DNA of 64,000 nucleotides from contig CAVZDU010000005.1 of the NCBI GenBank assembly GCA_963774265.1, positions 192,001 through 256,000 on the forward strand. Reading direction: 5' to 3'. A model generated the notes under the pieces. It ran no database searches. It saw only the letters and a list, made by a program, of their open reading frames with translations, and had not been told where the DNA came from. Both the position numbers and the translations under genes were made by a program. Source of the stretch: an uncultured Chloroflexia bacterium (GTDB taxonomy: Bacteria > Chloroflexota > Anaerolineae > CG2-30-64-16). Positions 55,070-64,000 of this stretch are shown here, piece after piece. Position 1 is the first letter of the stretch. Every line of letters starts with the position of its first letter.

Positions 55070-55289
55070 GTGCAACTCCCCTTCAAAGGGTTGTGATGGC
55101 TCTTTGGGGTGAATGCAAAGCCATCTACCGCTTTATCACGCGAGCAATTATCTGCCCCTGTTTTGGTTCGGAGCAGGTCACCTGTGCATTATGGCTCGAT
55201 TCGAACATTTAATAAATGATGCACATCATGTCTCATAGGGTTTGCCCCAACGCCGCGAATTGCGTACAATTGACGGCGAGGAGTATCCC

Positions 55290-56432
55290 ATGATTTACCT
55301 GGATCATTCTGCGACCACACCGGTAGACGGGCGGGTCGTTGACGCGATGGCACCTTATTGGACCGACATGTACGGGAACCCGTCCAGCGTGTACAGCCTG
55401 GGCCGCCGCTCAGCAGCGGCATTGGAGGATGCACGCAGAACGGTCGCTCAGATTTTGAACGCCCAACCCACCGAGATCGTTTTCACCAGTTGCGGGACGG
55501 AGAGCGACAATCTGGCCATCCGCGGCGTAGCATTGGCCGCCACTGCCAAAGGTCGACGTCATCTTATCACAACACCGATCGAACATCATGCGGTGCTGCA
55601 TACAGTGGCCGACCTGGTCGAGCGTTTCGACTTTGAGGTGACCCACGTCCCCGTGGATCGCAGTGGATTGGTTGACACCGCCGATGTGAGAGCCGCCATC
55701 CGCCCGGACACCGCACTGATCAGCGTGATGACGGCCAACAACGAAGTCGGCACGATCGAGCCGATTGCCGAGATCGGGGCGATCGCGCGGCAGTTCGGCA
55801 TTCCGTTTCATACTGACGCGGTGCAGGCCGCTGCGAGTCTGCCGCTCGATGTCGAGGCGCTCCAGGTCGATCTTCTGGCGCTCTCTGCGCACAAATTTCA
55901 CGGCCCAAAAGGCGTCGGGCTGCTCTACGTGCGCAAGGGCACGCGGATGGGACTCGTCCAGACAGGCGGCAGCCAGGAGCGCGGCCGCCGCGCGGGCACG
56001 GAGAACGTCCCCTACATCGTCGGGATGGCACGCGCCCTGGAGCTGGCCGCTGCAGACCGCGCGGCAGAGTCGGCGCGTCTCCTGGCATTGCGCGAGCGAC
56101 TCCTGGCGGGCATTCTGGAGCGTATCCCGGATGTTGAGTTAACCGGTCACCGCGAGCACCGGCTGCCGGGGCATCTGAGTTTCATCATCCGCGGCGTCGA
56201 GGCCCAGTCGCTCCTGATCGCCCTCGATCTGGTGGGTATCGCTGCATCATCGGGCTCGGCTTGCGCCAGCGGTGCGCCGACTCCCAGCGGCGTGCTCCGC
56301 GCGATGGGGTTCGCGCCGAATGAGGCGTTGGGCGCGCTGCGGCTGACCCTGGGGCGCTCCAACAGCGAGGCCGACGTTGACACAGTGCTCGATCAGCTCC
56401 CCGAGATCGTCAAGAGGATTCGGGGTGTCTGA
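55290..56432 (+). CDS. iscS: Cysteine desulfurase, IscS/NifS group I
   Basis: [35 protein letters not shown]. Confidence 0.93.
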   Translation: MIYLDHSATTPVDGRVVDAMAPYWTDMYGNPSSVYSLGRRSAAALEDARRTVAQILNAQPTEIVFTSCGTESDNLAIRGVALAATAKGRRHLITTPIEHHAVLHTVADLVERFDFEVTHVPVDRSGLVDTADVRAAIRPDTALISVMTANNEVGTIEPIAEIGAIARQFGIPFHTDAVQAAASLPLDVEALQVDLLALSAHKFHGPKGVGLLYVRKGTRMGLVQTGGSQERGRRAGTENVPYIVGMARALELAAADRAAESARLLALRERLLAGILERIPDVELTGHREHRLPGHLSFIIRGVEAQSLLIALDLVGIAASSGSACASGAPTPSGVLRAMGFAPNEALGALRLTLGRSNSEADVDTVLDQLPEIVKRIRGV

Positions 56433-57522
56433 GCGAGCCGTGGTGGCAATGAGCGGCGGGGTCGATAGCTCCGTCGCGGCTGCCCTGTTGCTGGAACAAG
56501 GGTACGACGTCGTCGGCATCATGCTGCGCCTCTGGTCGGAACCCGCGTGGCCGGTGTTGGGCGGTGACGTCGAAACAGCGAACAATCGCTGTTGTTCGGT
56601 GGAGTCAGTTCACGACGCCCGGGCGGTGGCCGACCGGCTTGGCATTCCGTTCTACGTGATCGATGCCCAGGCGCCGTTCAAGCAGCAGGTGGTGGACGGC
56701 TGGATTGCCGGCTACGCGGCCGGGCTGACACCCAATCCGTGCCTGTCGTGCAACCGGTGCATCCGCTTCGGCTTTTTGCTTGATTATGCGCGTTCGCTCG
56801 ACGCGGCCTACCTGGCCACCGGACATTACGCGCGCATCGGCCGGGGCAACGATGGTCGTCTGCAGTTATGGCGGGGGGTCGATCGCGCCAAGGACCAATC
56901 CTATGTCTTGAGTGTGCTCGGCCAGGCCGAGCTGCAGTCGGTGCTTTTTCCGGTGGGCGAGCGCACGAAAATGCAGGTGCGCGCGTTGGCCGCCGAGCGA
57001 GGGCTGCCCACGGCCTCGCGCATGGACAGCCAGGACCTGTGCTTCATCTCCGACGGCGATTATCGGCGTTTTCTGGCCGAGGTCGCCGCCGATGCATTAC
57101 GCCCCGGTCCGATCGTTGATTCCGGGGGCCGCGTGCTGGGCGCACACCGCGGGTTGCCCTTCTACACTGTGGGCCAGCGCAGCGGGCTGGGCCTGGCGGC
57201 GCCGCAGCCACTATTCGTGCTTTCGCTGGACGTCGAGCGGAACACCCTCGTGGTTGGCACGCGGGACGAGCTGGGGACGGTCGACTTTCGAACCGGTTCG
57301 GTCCACTGGGTGGCGGGTAGCCCGCCGGCCGAGTCCTTTGAGGCCGAGGTGCAGATCCGCTATCATGCCCAGCCCGCGGCCGCCACGATCACTGTCGATC
57401 GCGAGAGTGGCGGCGCCCGTGTCCAGGTGACCGCTCCACTGCGCGACGTGACGCCCGGGCAGGCCGCGGTCTTCTATCAGGGCGAAAACTGCCTTGGCAA
57501 CGGCCTGATCTTGCGAGGCTGA
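56425..57522 (+). CDS. mnmA: tRNA 2-thiouridine(34) synthase
   Basis: [36 protein letters not shown]. Confidence 0.95.
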   Translation: MSERAVVAMSGGVDSSVAAALLLEQGYDVVGIMLRLWSEPAWPVLGGDVETANNRCCSVESVHDARAVADRLGIPFYVIDAQAPFKQQVVDGWIAGYAAGLTPNPCLSCNRCIRFGFLLDYARSLDAAYLATGHYARIGRGNDGRLQLWRGVDRAKDQSYVLSVLGQAELQSVLFPVGERTKMQVRALAAERGLPTASRMDSQDLCFISDGDYRRFLAEVAADALRPGPIVDSGGRVLGAHRGLPFYTVGQRSGLGLAAPQPLFVLSLDVERNTLVVGTRDELGTVDFRTGSVHWVAGSPPAESFEAEVQIRYHAQPAAATITVDRESGGARVQVTAPLRDVTPGQAAVFYQGENCLGNGLILRG

Positions 57523-57543
57523 GCGGGCCGGGAGGCGGAAGAA

Positions 57544-57873
57544 GTGCAGTCCTTTCAGGATATAATGCTTGACTTTGCCCTATCGCCCACGCTGTGGTTG
57601 TGCGTGGTCTTTGGGGTGATCTACGGCGCTCTCTTCACGTTGTGGCGCGGGGGTGGCTGGCGCCAGTTGGCGCGCGATGCCGGTGTTGGCGTGATCGGGT
57701 TCGTCGTGGGTCAACTGATTGCTTCGGTCTTGCGGCTACCCACGTTGCGCGTGGGTGAGGTGCATCTGTTGTGGGGCTCTTTGGCGAGTGTGTTCTTCTT
57801 GCTGATCGGCCGGCGGCTGCTGAAGCCGCGCGTGTTGCCGGTCAAAACGAGGTCCGGTTCAACAAGGCATTAA
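57544..57873 (+). CDS. Small 3-TM membrane protein
   Basis: Hydrophobic 109-aa ORF with RBS GGAGG, operonic with mnmA. Confidence 0.65.
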   Translation: MQSFQDIMLDFALSPTLWLCVVFGVIYGALFTLWRGGGWRQLARDAGVGVIGFVVGQLIASVLRLPTLRVGEVHLLWGSLASVFFLLIGRRLLKPRVLPVKTRSGSTRH

Positions 57874-57962
57874 GCGTGCGTGTTAAACGCGCGTTTTGTG
57901 TTCAAGACACCTTTACGAATCGCACCGGCTGTGCTACACTTGACCAGTACGGAGGTGGGAGA

Positions 57963-58250
57963 ATGGGGACGGCGCGCGACATCGCTATCATCGTGTTGGC
58001 ACTTGAGTCAATCATTATCGGCGTGTTACTGGCCATACTGGTGATTCAGGTGATGAAGTTGGTGCGCTTGCTGCGCGACGAGGCCATGCCTATCTTGCGA
58101 TCGACACAGGATACCGTGAGCACAGTGCGCGGCACGGCTGATTTCATGAGCGATCACCTGGTGCAACCGGTTGTCAAGGTGTCCAGCATGGCGGCTGGCG
58201 CGCGACAGGCTGTTGGCGTGCTTTTTGGACGAAAGAACGGACGCAAATAA
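57963..58250 (+). CDS. DUF948/YtxG-like membrane-anchored protein
   Basis: RBS GGAGG, TM helix then amphipathic helix; upstream of YtxH; extended -10 TGCTACACT at 57932. Confidence 0.65.
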   Translation: MGTARDIAIIVLALESIIIGVLLAILVIQVMKLVRLLRDEAMPILRSTQDTVSTVRGTADFMSDHLVQPVVKVSSMAAGARQAVGVLFGRKNGRK

Positions 58251-58260
58251 GGAGGGTAGC

Positions 58261-58668
58261 ATGAGTGAAAACGGCGGCGGTGGAAGCTTCTTCCTCGGCT
58301 TTTTGATCGGTGCGATGGCGGGCGCGGCGGCGGCTCTGCTCATGACCCCACAATCGGGCGAAGAGCTACGGCAGACCCTCGAGCAGAAGGGTGTCAGTTT
58401 GAAGGATGATGCCGCACGCGCGGCCGAGGACGCGAAAGCGCAGGCACAACGCCTTGCCGAGGACGCCAAGATGCAGGCGTCCCGCCTTTCCGAAGACGCG
58501 AAGCTGCAGGCACAGCGTCTCACAGAGCAGGCCCGAGGCCAGGTTGAGGTTGTTGGGGAGAAGGGCCGCATCGTCATCAGCGAGAACGTCCGCAAGGCGC
58601 AACAGGTCGTTCTGGACGCGAAAGACAAGCTCGCCAGCGAACCGCCTGCGATCGACCCCCTTTCATAA
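58261..58668 (+). CDS. YtxH domain protein with 11-aa repeats
   Basis: FFLGFLIGAMAGAAAALLMTPQSGEELR; AEDAKAQAQRL/AEDAKMQASRL/SEDAKLQAQRL. Confidence 0.85.
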   Translation: MSENGGGGSFFLGFLIGAMAGAAAALLMTPQSGEELRQTLEQKGVSLKDDAARAAEDAKAQAQRLAEDAKMQASRLSEDAKLQAQRLTEQARGQVEVVGEKGRIVISENVRKAQQVVLDAKDKLASEPPAIDPLS

Positions 58669-58694
58669 CTCGACACGAACCGCACACCTTTGCA

Positions 58695-58718
58695 GGCCGG
58701 GCATCGTCCCGGCCTTTT
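58695..58718 (+). terminator. Intrinsic terminator
   Basis: aggccggg-catcgt-cccggcct-ttt. Confidence 0.65.
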
Positions 58719-58748
58719 ACGTTGACCACTGTGTTCTCTATGGCAATT

Positions 58749-60566
58749 CTATCGGTAGGTGGGGTGCGGGGCGCGTCCGGCCAGGTTGGTTAGAGCCGTG
58801 CCGAGGCCGGCGACCAGGTCGCGCGCGGTCACTGACGCAGGACCTAACGTCTGGCCCACGAGTGTGCCGCAAAGCGCGTGCACGTACGCGCCAGCCGCGG
58901 CTGCCTCGAACGGCGCCAGCCCCTGGCTGAGCATGGCAAGGATCACGCCTGCCAACACATCGCCGCTGCCGGCCTTCGCCAGCGCCGGCTCTGCGAAGGG
59001 CAGGACCGCAGTCCGGCCATCAGGATGTGCGATGACGGTGTGCGCTCCCTTCAGCAGAACGATGTGACCCCATTCCCCGGCATATCGACGCGCCGTCGCG
59101 ATCCGCTTCACGTTGATCTCCGCGACGCTCAGACCCGTCAGCCTGCTCATCTCCCCCGGATGGGGGGTCAGGATGCTGAGCGGGGGCAGCAGCGCCGGCC
59201 AGCCTGGAGAGATGGCCAGGATGTTCAGCGCGTCGGCATCGAAAATCGCACGACCGCGCCACTTGTCTGGATCGAGCGCGGCGGGCGCAAGCAGGGCGTG
59301 CAGGAGGGCCCTGGCGGCTTCGTCTGTGGTTAGCCCGGGCCCGATCAGGAGCGCGTCGTAGCCTTGCGCCTTCCGCAGCACCTGGGGGGCTGCATCCGGG
59401 CTGAGGACGCCCGCCTCGCTCGGCAGCGGCAGCCAGGTGAGATCCAGGAGCACGCCCGCCAAGGCGGGATGCAGCTCCCGGGGGACCGCTACGGTGACCA
59501 GCCCCGCGCCTGCGCGTGCTGCCGCGCTCCCGCTGAACGCGGGCGCGCCGGTGTAAAGACATGAGCCGCCCACGACCAGGGCTTTGCCAAACGTGCCTTT
59601 GTGCGCGTCCTGCGGCCGGCCGGGCAAGAGTGCAGCCGCGTCGGCGCGCTCCACCATCTCGACCTGAAGGCCGTCCCCCAGGTCTGCCGGCACGCCGATG
59701 TCGACGACGCCGAGCAGTCCACACGCCCCCGCGCCGGGGTATTGCAATTGGCCCCATTTAGGGAAGGCAAAAGTGACCGTTAACGTCGCAGGGATGGCCG
59801 CGGGATCGAGCTCACCGGTGTCGCAGTTTAGCCCGCTTGGACAATCCACGGCCAGGACCGGGACGATGGGCCAGGGCGGCAACTCCTCGTCGAATCCGTC
59901 CTCTTCGTCTGCCCAATCATCGGCCTCGTCATCCCATAACCTTTCGTCGCGCAGGTCATCATTCGGCCCGCCCCTGGGCGCAGACCACAAGGATGACGGC
60001 ATCGGCGGCGCGCCGAGCGCCTCGGATAGGGGAAAGCGGGGGATGAGGGCCGCAACGGCAGACATGGCCGCCTGTGCATCTGTCTGAGCATTGTTTCGGA
60101 CGACCAGCTCTTCCCTGACCACGGTCAACAGTTCGGCCAGCCGGCCTTCCAGCGGCCGTGTAGCGCCCGTGCCCAGCAGCGCGTCGATGACGAGGCCGGT
60201 TTGCCGGAGCTCGGCGCGCAGCTTGGAGAAGTCAGGGTCGTTGTCAGCCCACAATATTGCCATCCCGCGGCGGCGGCGCTTGAGGCGGCTGAAGTTGCCG
60301 TCGCCCTTGATGTCGCGCTTCCAGACGTAGAGCGTCACCTCGCAGTCCACCTCGCGTAGGTAGTGTGCGGCCACCAGCCCATCGCCGCCGTTATTGCCAG
60401 GTCCAACCAGGATGAGAACGCGGTTTCCGCTGTGGCTCAGTTGCATCGTCAACGCCAGCGTGGCGACCGACCAACCTGCCTTTTCCATCATGGCCGCATA
60501 GGATTGGCCGCGGGCATCGGTCAATTGCTCGATGCGACGCATCTCCTCGACATTAACGAGCTTCAT
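58749..60566 (-). CDS. nnr: Bifunctional NAD(P)H-hydrate epimerase/dehydratase
   Basis: GPGNNGGDG, IDALLGTG, AVDCPSG, HKGTFG, IGPGL, DADAL, TPHPGEM, AGSGDVLAG. Confidence 0.93.
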   Translation of the reverse strand: MKLVNVEEMRRIEQLTDARGQSYAAMMEKAGWSVATLALTMQLSHSGNRVLILVGPGNNGGDGLVAAHYLREVDCEVTLYVWKRDIKGDGNFSRLKRRRRGMAILWADNDPDFSKLRAELRQTGLVIDALLGTGATRPLEGRLAELLTVVREELVVRNNAQTDAQAAMSAVAALIPRFPLSEALGAPPMPSSLWSAPRGGPNDDLRDERLWDDEADDWADEEDGFDEELPPWPIVPVLAVDCPSGLNCDTGELDPAAIPATLTVTFAFPKWGQLQYPGAGACGLLGVVDIGVPADLGDGLQVEMVERADAAALLPGRPQDAHKGTFGKALVVGGSCLYTGAPAFSGSAAARAGAGLVTVAVPRELHPALAGVLLDLTWLPLPSEAGVLSPDAAPQVLRKAQGYDALLIGPGLTTDEAARALLHALLAPAALDPDKWRGRAIFDADALNILAISPGWPALLPPLSILTPHPGEMSRLTGLSVAEINVKRIATARRYAGEWGHIVLLKGAHTVIAHPDGRTAVLPFAEPALAKAGSGDVLAGVILAMLSQGLAPFEAAAAGAYVHALCGTLVGQTLGPASVTARDLVAGLGTALTNLAGRAPHPTYR

Positions 60567-61171
60567 CGGGCGCCTCCATGGACAATCGCCAGGCAACGAG
60601 GGCCATGCTGCCGATAATGGGCGCGAGCAGGGCCAGGTAGACCAACTGGAATGTGACCGAGGGGGATGATCCAATGGGATCCAGGGGATGCCGGAAGACC
60701 CCGGTGGTGGCGGCCATCCAAACCACTGCGACTGCCAACAACACGGCGGCGAAAGCAGTGAACCGGCTATCCTTCACCATCCACGTGACGAGCAGCACCA
60801 CCAAGCCCGCCGCCGCAAGCTGGAGCGTCATCGTGACGCGCGGCTCGCCCCAGGCGATCCACGGTCCCCACGTCAGGCGGGTGGCGGGCATGCTGACGAT
60901 GAAGTGCGCGACCCAGAAAGCCCAGCCGCTGATCAGCAGCCCTCGCGTCAACCTGGCTAGACGCGGGCCGCTTTGTGATGAGATAGAGTGCGCCCACCAC
61001 GCCTGCTGCGACGAGGCCGATCATGCCCGCGCGGCTCAGCGCGCCGTGGAGGTAGACGATTTTGATGACCTGCCCCAACGTCTTTTCGAGGGGCATGAGC
61101 AGCAGGATCGCCGCGGCCAGGGCAGTGCAAATCAGGATCAGCGCCCAAAAGCGCCGGCGGATGAAGGGCAT
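60553..61171 (-). CDS. CcmC-like heme-handling membrane protein (divergent; frameshift near 60955)
   Basis: KIVYLHG, TWGPWIAWGEPR (Trp-rich WWD-like), FRHP; about 6 TM helices. Confidence 0.6.
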
Positions 61172-61258
61172 GCAGGAAGTCTCCGTGATGGTGTTGCGGC
61201 CATCATAACCCATTTGGGGAAAAACCGCACAGAACGATCGCCGCACGCGCCGCCGTAC

Positions 61259-61287
61259 GTGCCGGGCACTTGCGAAGTGCCCGGCAC
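61259..61287. repeat. REP-like perfect palindrome
   Basis: gtgccgggcactt-gcg-aagtgcccggcac. Confidence 0.8.
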
Positions 61288-61376
61288 ATGGGTACGTGGG
61301 TCCGAGCGTTTCCCCTTCCTTCGCGGGCTGTGGTATCATCGCTCCAGCGTCCCTTCTCGAGAGGATTCACACCATC

Positions 61377-63789
61377 ATGGGCTGGATCATCCTGGCCATC
61401 ATCTGGCTTGCTGCGCTCGCCGATCGCGCTGGTCCTTGTTTCGCAGGCAGCGTTTGCGCACGCCGTGGCATCTCGACGTGGCCGCCTTGGGCTGCTGGCG
61501 CTGGCGGTTCTGGGCTTCTTCTGGCGGGTCGTCACGGGGGAGAACTGGATGCCCGCCGACGGCGGCGACCTGGTCTCGTTCCTCTTCCCGACCTACCGTT
61601 TCGCCGCCGCGAGCCTGGCTCACGGCGCCTGGCCGCTCTGGAATCCGTACCTGTACGGCGGCGCGCCGCACGTCGGCGATATCCAGGCCGGCTTCCTCTA
61701 TCCGCCGAACCTGCTTCTCTTCCTCACGAACCCGACGTTTCCCTTACGCCGCGCTGCAGTCGCTGAGCATGGCGCACATCTGGTTTGCCGGCGCAGGCAT
61801 GTACCTGCTGCTGGCCCGCGGCTTCGGGCTGCGCCGCGTGGCTGCGCTGGCCGGCGCGCTGGCCTTCATGTTCTCCGATGCCTTCCTCACGCACTTCGGC
61901 AACCTGAACCTCAATGCCGCGCTGAGCTGGCTGCCGTGGGTTTTCTGGGCGTGGCTGGGGGTGTTGGCGGGGCAACGGCTGACCGCGGTCCGCGCCTGGC
62001 GGGGCGTGGCGGTCAGCGCAGTCCTGCTGGCGCTCTCGATCTCGGCCGGGCACATCCAGGCGACCTGTTCATCATTCTCGGCGCTCGGGCTGTACACCGC
62101 GTTCTGGCTTTGGCTGCGGCGGGACGAACCGAGGCCCTGGCGCCGAGCCTTGTGGACTGCGCTCTGGGCTACGGGGTGATGGTTCTCCTCGCAGCCCTGT
62201 TGGCCGCGCCGGTGCTGCTGCCCGCCTGCAGCTCGCGGGCCAGACGGTCCGCGCGGAGTGGAACTACACAGCCACGCGGCAGGCTACTCGCTCTCGCCGG
62301 CCCAGCTGATCGGCTGGCTGATCCCCGGCTTCTTCGGCCGCGGACCCGCAGTTCCACTGGGGGCTGTGGCCGCGCGTGGAGGTGGGCTACCTCGGCATCC
62401 TGCCGCTGGTCCTGGCCGGCCTGGCCGTGGCCCTGCAGCGCCGGGCGGCAGGCAAAGTCATCTGGCCCTGGGCGGCCCTGGCCTGCGTGAGCCTTGCGCT
62501 GGCCCTCGGCATCTACGCCATCCCGCACGGCTGGCTGACGCTGTTGCCCGGCTTCGGCCAGTTGCGCGCGCCCGCGCGGTTCGTCGTGCTCACCGACTTC
62601 GCGCTGGCCGCCCTGGCTGCCTGGGGCCTCGACGCGCTCCTGCGGCCGCTGGCCGAAGAGGACGGCCGGACGATCGCGAACTGGACACGCGGCCTGGCCT
62701 GGGCGGCCGCCGCGACCTTCGGCATCATCCTGCCCCTGGCCTATGTGACGCTCCTCCTGGTGCAAAGCCAGGATGCTGCGATCGTCAGCCGCGTCTCGGT
62801 CACCTTGATCGGTGTCGTCTCTTTCGCCGCCTTGCTCGTGGCCAGCCTGGCCTGGCTCGTGGCGCGGCGTAAGGAGTTCGGCCGGCCGGCCACGCTGGGC
62901 TGGCTCGCCCTCGCGCTGATCTTCTTCGATGTCGCCAGCCTGGGCGCGTACGTCGACACTGGGCCAGGTCGACCCCAGCGCGACGTTCGAGCATGACGAA
63001 ATCGCCGCGTTCCTGGCGGCGCAGCCCGGGCCGTTCCGCATCGACAGCCGCACGCAGATCGAAGACTTGTGGCAGCCGGATACGGCGCTGCTTTACGGCC
63101 TGGAAGAGGTTGGGGGCTTGACCAACCCGCTCCTCCTGGCCGACGTCGATCGCTATTGGCAGGCGCTCGGCTCCCGTTCGACCCCCCTGTACGACCTGCT
63201 CAACGTGCGCTACGTCCTGGGGAAGAAGGATGTCGTGCTGGACTGGGACAAATTCGGCCTGGTCTACGACGGCGATCCGGAGTTGAACGTCTACGAAAAC
63301 CGCCGTGCGCTGCCGCGCACGTTTATCGTGCCCGCGGTTCAGCTCGTGGCCTCGCACGAGGCCGCGCTTGAGGCCATCGGCGCCGGGAACTTCGACCCGA
63401 CCGCGACCGCGATCATCGAAGGTCCGGCCGACCTTGCCGCCGGCGGCGTGATCGCCAGCGCCGCAGGCGCTGGCGCAGTGACCGACTTGCGCACCGGGCC
63501 GAACCGCCTGTCGTTTCGCACGAATACGGATGCTCCCGCACTCGTTTTTGTGAGCCAGGTGTGGTATCCCGGTTGGCAGGTCTCCATCGACGGCCGGCCT
63601 GCTGGTGCGCCGTTGCGCGCGGACTATCTGTTCCAGGCTGTGGGCGTGCCGCAAGGCGAGCACCGGGTGGAATTGCGTTTTGCCCCGGACCTGTGGCGGA
63701 CAGGCTGGCTGCTTGCCGCGGGCGTGTCGCTTTTGATGGTCATTGGAGCTGTATTGAGCTTGATCTCTCGGAGGAAACATGGCGATTGA
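61377..63789 (+). CDS. YfhO-family GT-C membrane glycosyltransferase (many apparent frameshifts)
   Basis: GGDLVSFLFP, WPLWNPYLYGGAP...LYPPN, AGHIQ, YLGILPL, LRAPARF, YENRRALPR, SQVWYPGW...DG. Confidence 0.85.
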
Positions 63790-64000
63790 TGCACCCGTCC
63801 ACTGCAACGCAGTCAACTTCAACCGCGTCCTGAACGCCGGCCTGCCGGTTTTGGTCGTGTTATGGCGCCACGATTGCCCTGCGTGTGAGCAGTTGAACCC
63901 GATATTGGACCGATTGGCGAAGGCGTATGCGGACAAGGCATTGGTGGTGAAGGTGAATGCGGACGATGAGTCGGCGCTCAGCCAGCGTCTCGGCGCGTCC
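63779..64000 (+). CDS. Thioredoxin-family protein (runs off the window)
   Basis: MAIDAPVH...LPVLVVLWRHDCPACEQLNPILDRLAKAYADKALVVKVNADD. Confidence 0.85.
   Translation, partial: MAIDAPVHCNAVNFNRVLNAGLPVLVVLWRHDCPACEQLNPILDRLAKAYADKALVVKVNADDESALSQRLGAS

Noticed and set aside
58420-58545. 33-bp tandem repeats
   Set aside because: Ordinary 11-mer amphipathic helix repeats of a YtxH-type protein.

Overview
High-GC bacterial window, most consistent with Chloroflexota (Anaerolineae/Caldilineae-like). This is an inference from the fused glyQ-glyS, a GTGCCGGGCAC-type palindrome, a GAAC-N4-GTTC SOS box and the overall gene mix. Many genes, including the essential glyQS, carry scattered 1-bp indels that look like long-read assembly errors, so I joined ORF fragments where protein motifs continue across frames. 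Layout: (1-11.6 kb) accessory region with paralogous sensor-like membrane proteins lacking an output domain, a di-heme cytochrome c flanked by 25-bp direct repeats, a SARP/BTAD-ATPase activator with candidate operator repeats, a protoglobin fused to two Rieske domains, a truncated hydrolase, DUF1801, vapBC and a mobile-element remnant. (11.7-19.8 kb) recO, MazG-like, glyQS, sbcC and a PLP dehydratase. (20-30 kb) CarD variant, USP and cyclic beta-1,2-glucan synthase. (30-35 kb) STAND-LuxR regulator with DUF4242, a secreted repeat protein and a ScyD/E-like protein. (35-42.5 kb) LexA-boxed radical SAM gene, hydrolases, kinase, aminotransferase and a BY-kinase. (42.6-51.8 kb) RND operon knocked out by an intact IS630, with a divergent two-component system. 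(52-64 kb) acdAB, iscS-mnmA, ytxGH-like, nnr, ccmC-like, yfhO-like and thioredoxin. No rRNA, tRNA or CRISPR array was seen. The best candidate for an undescribed system is the heme/FeS redox locus at 0.7-9.2 kb.
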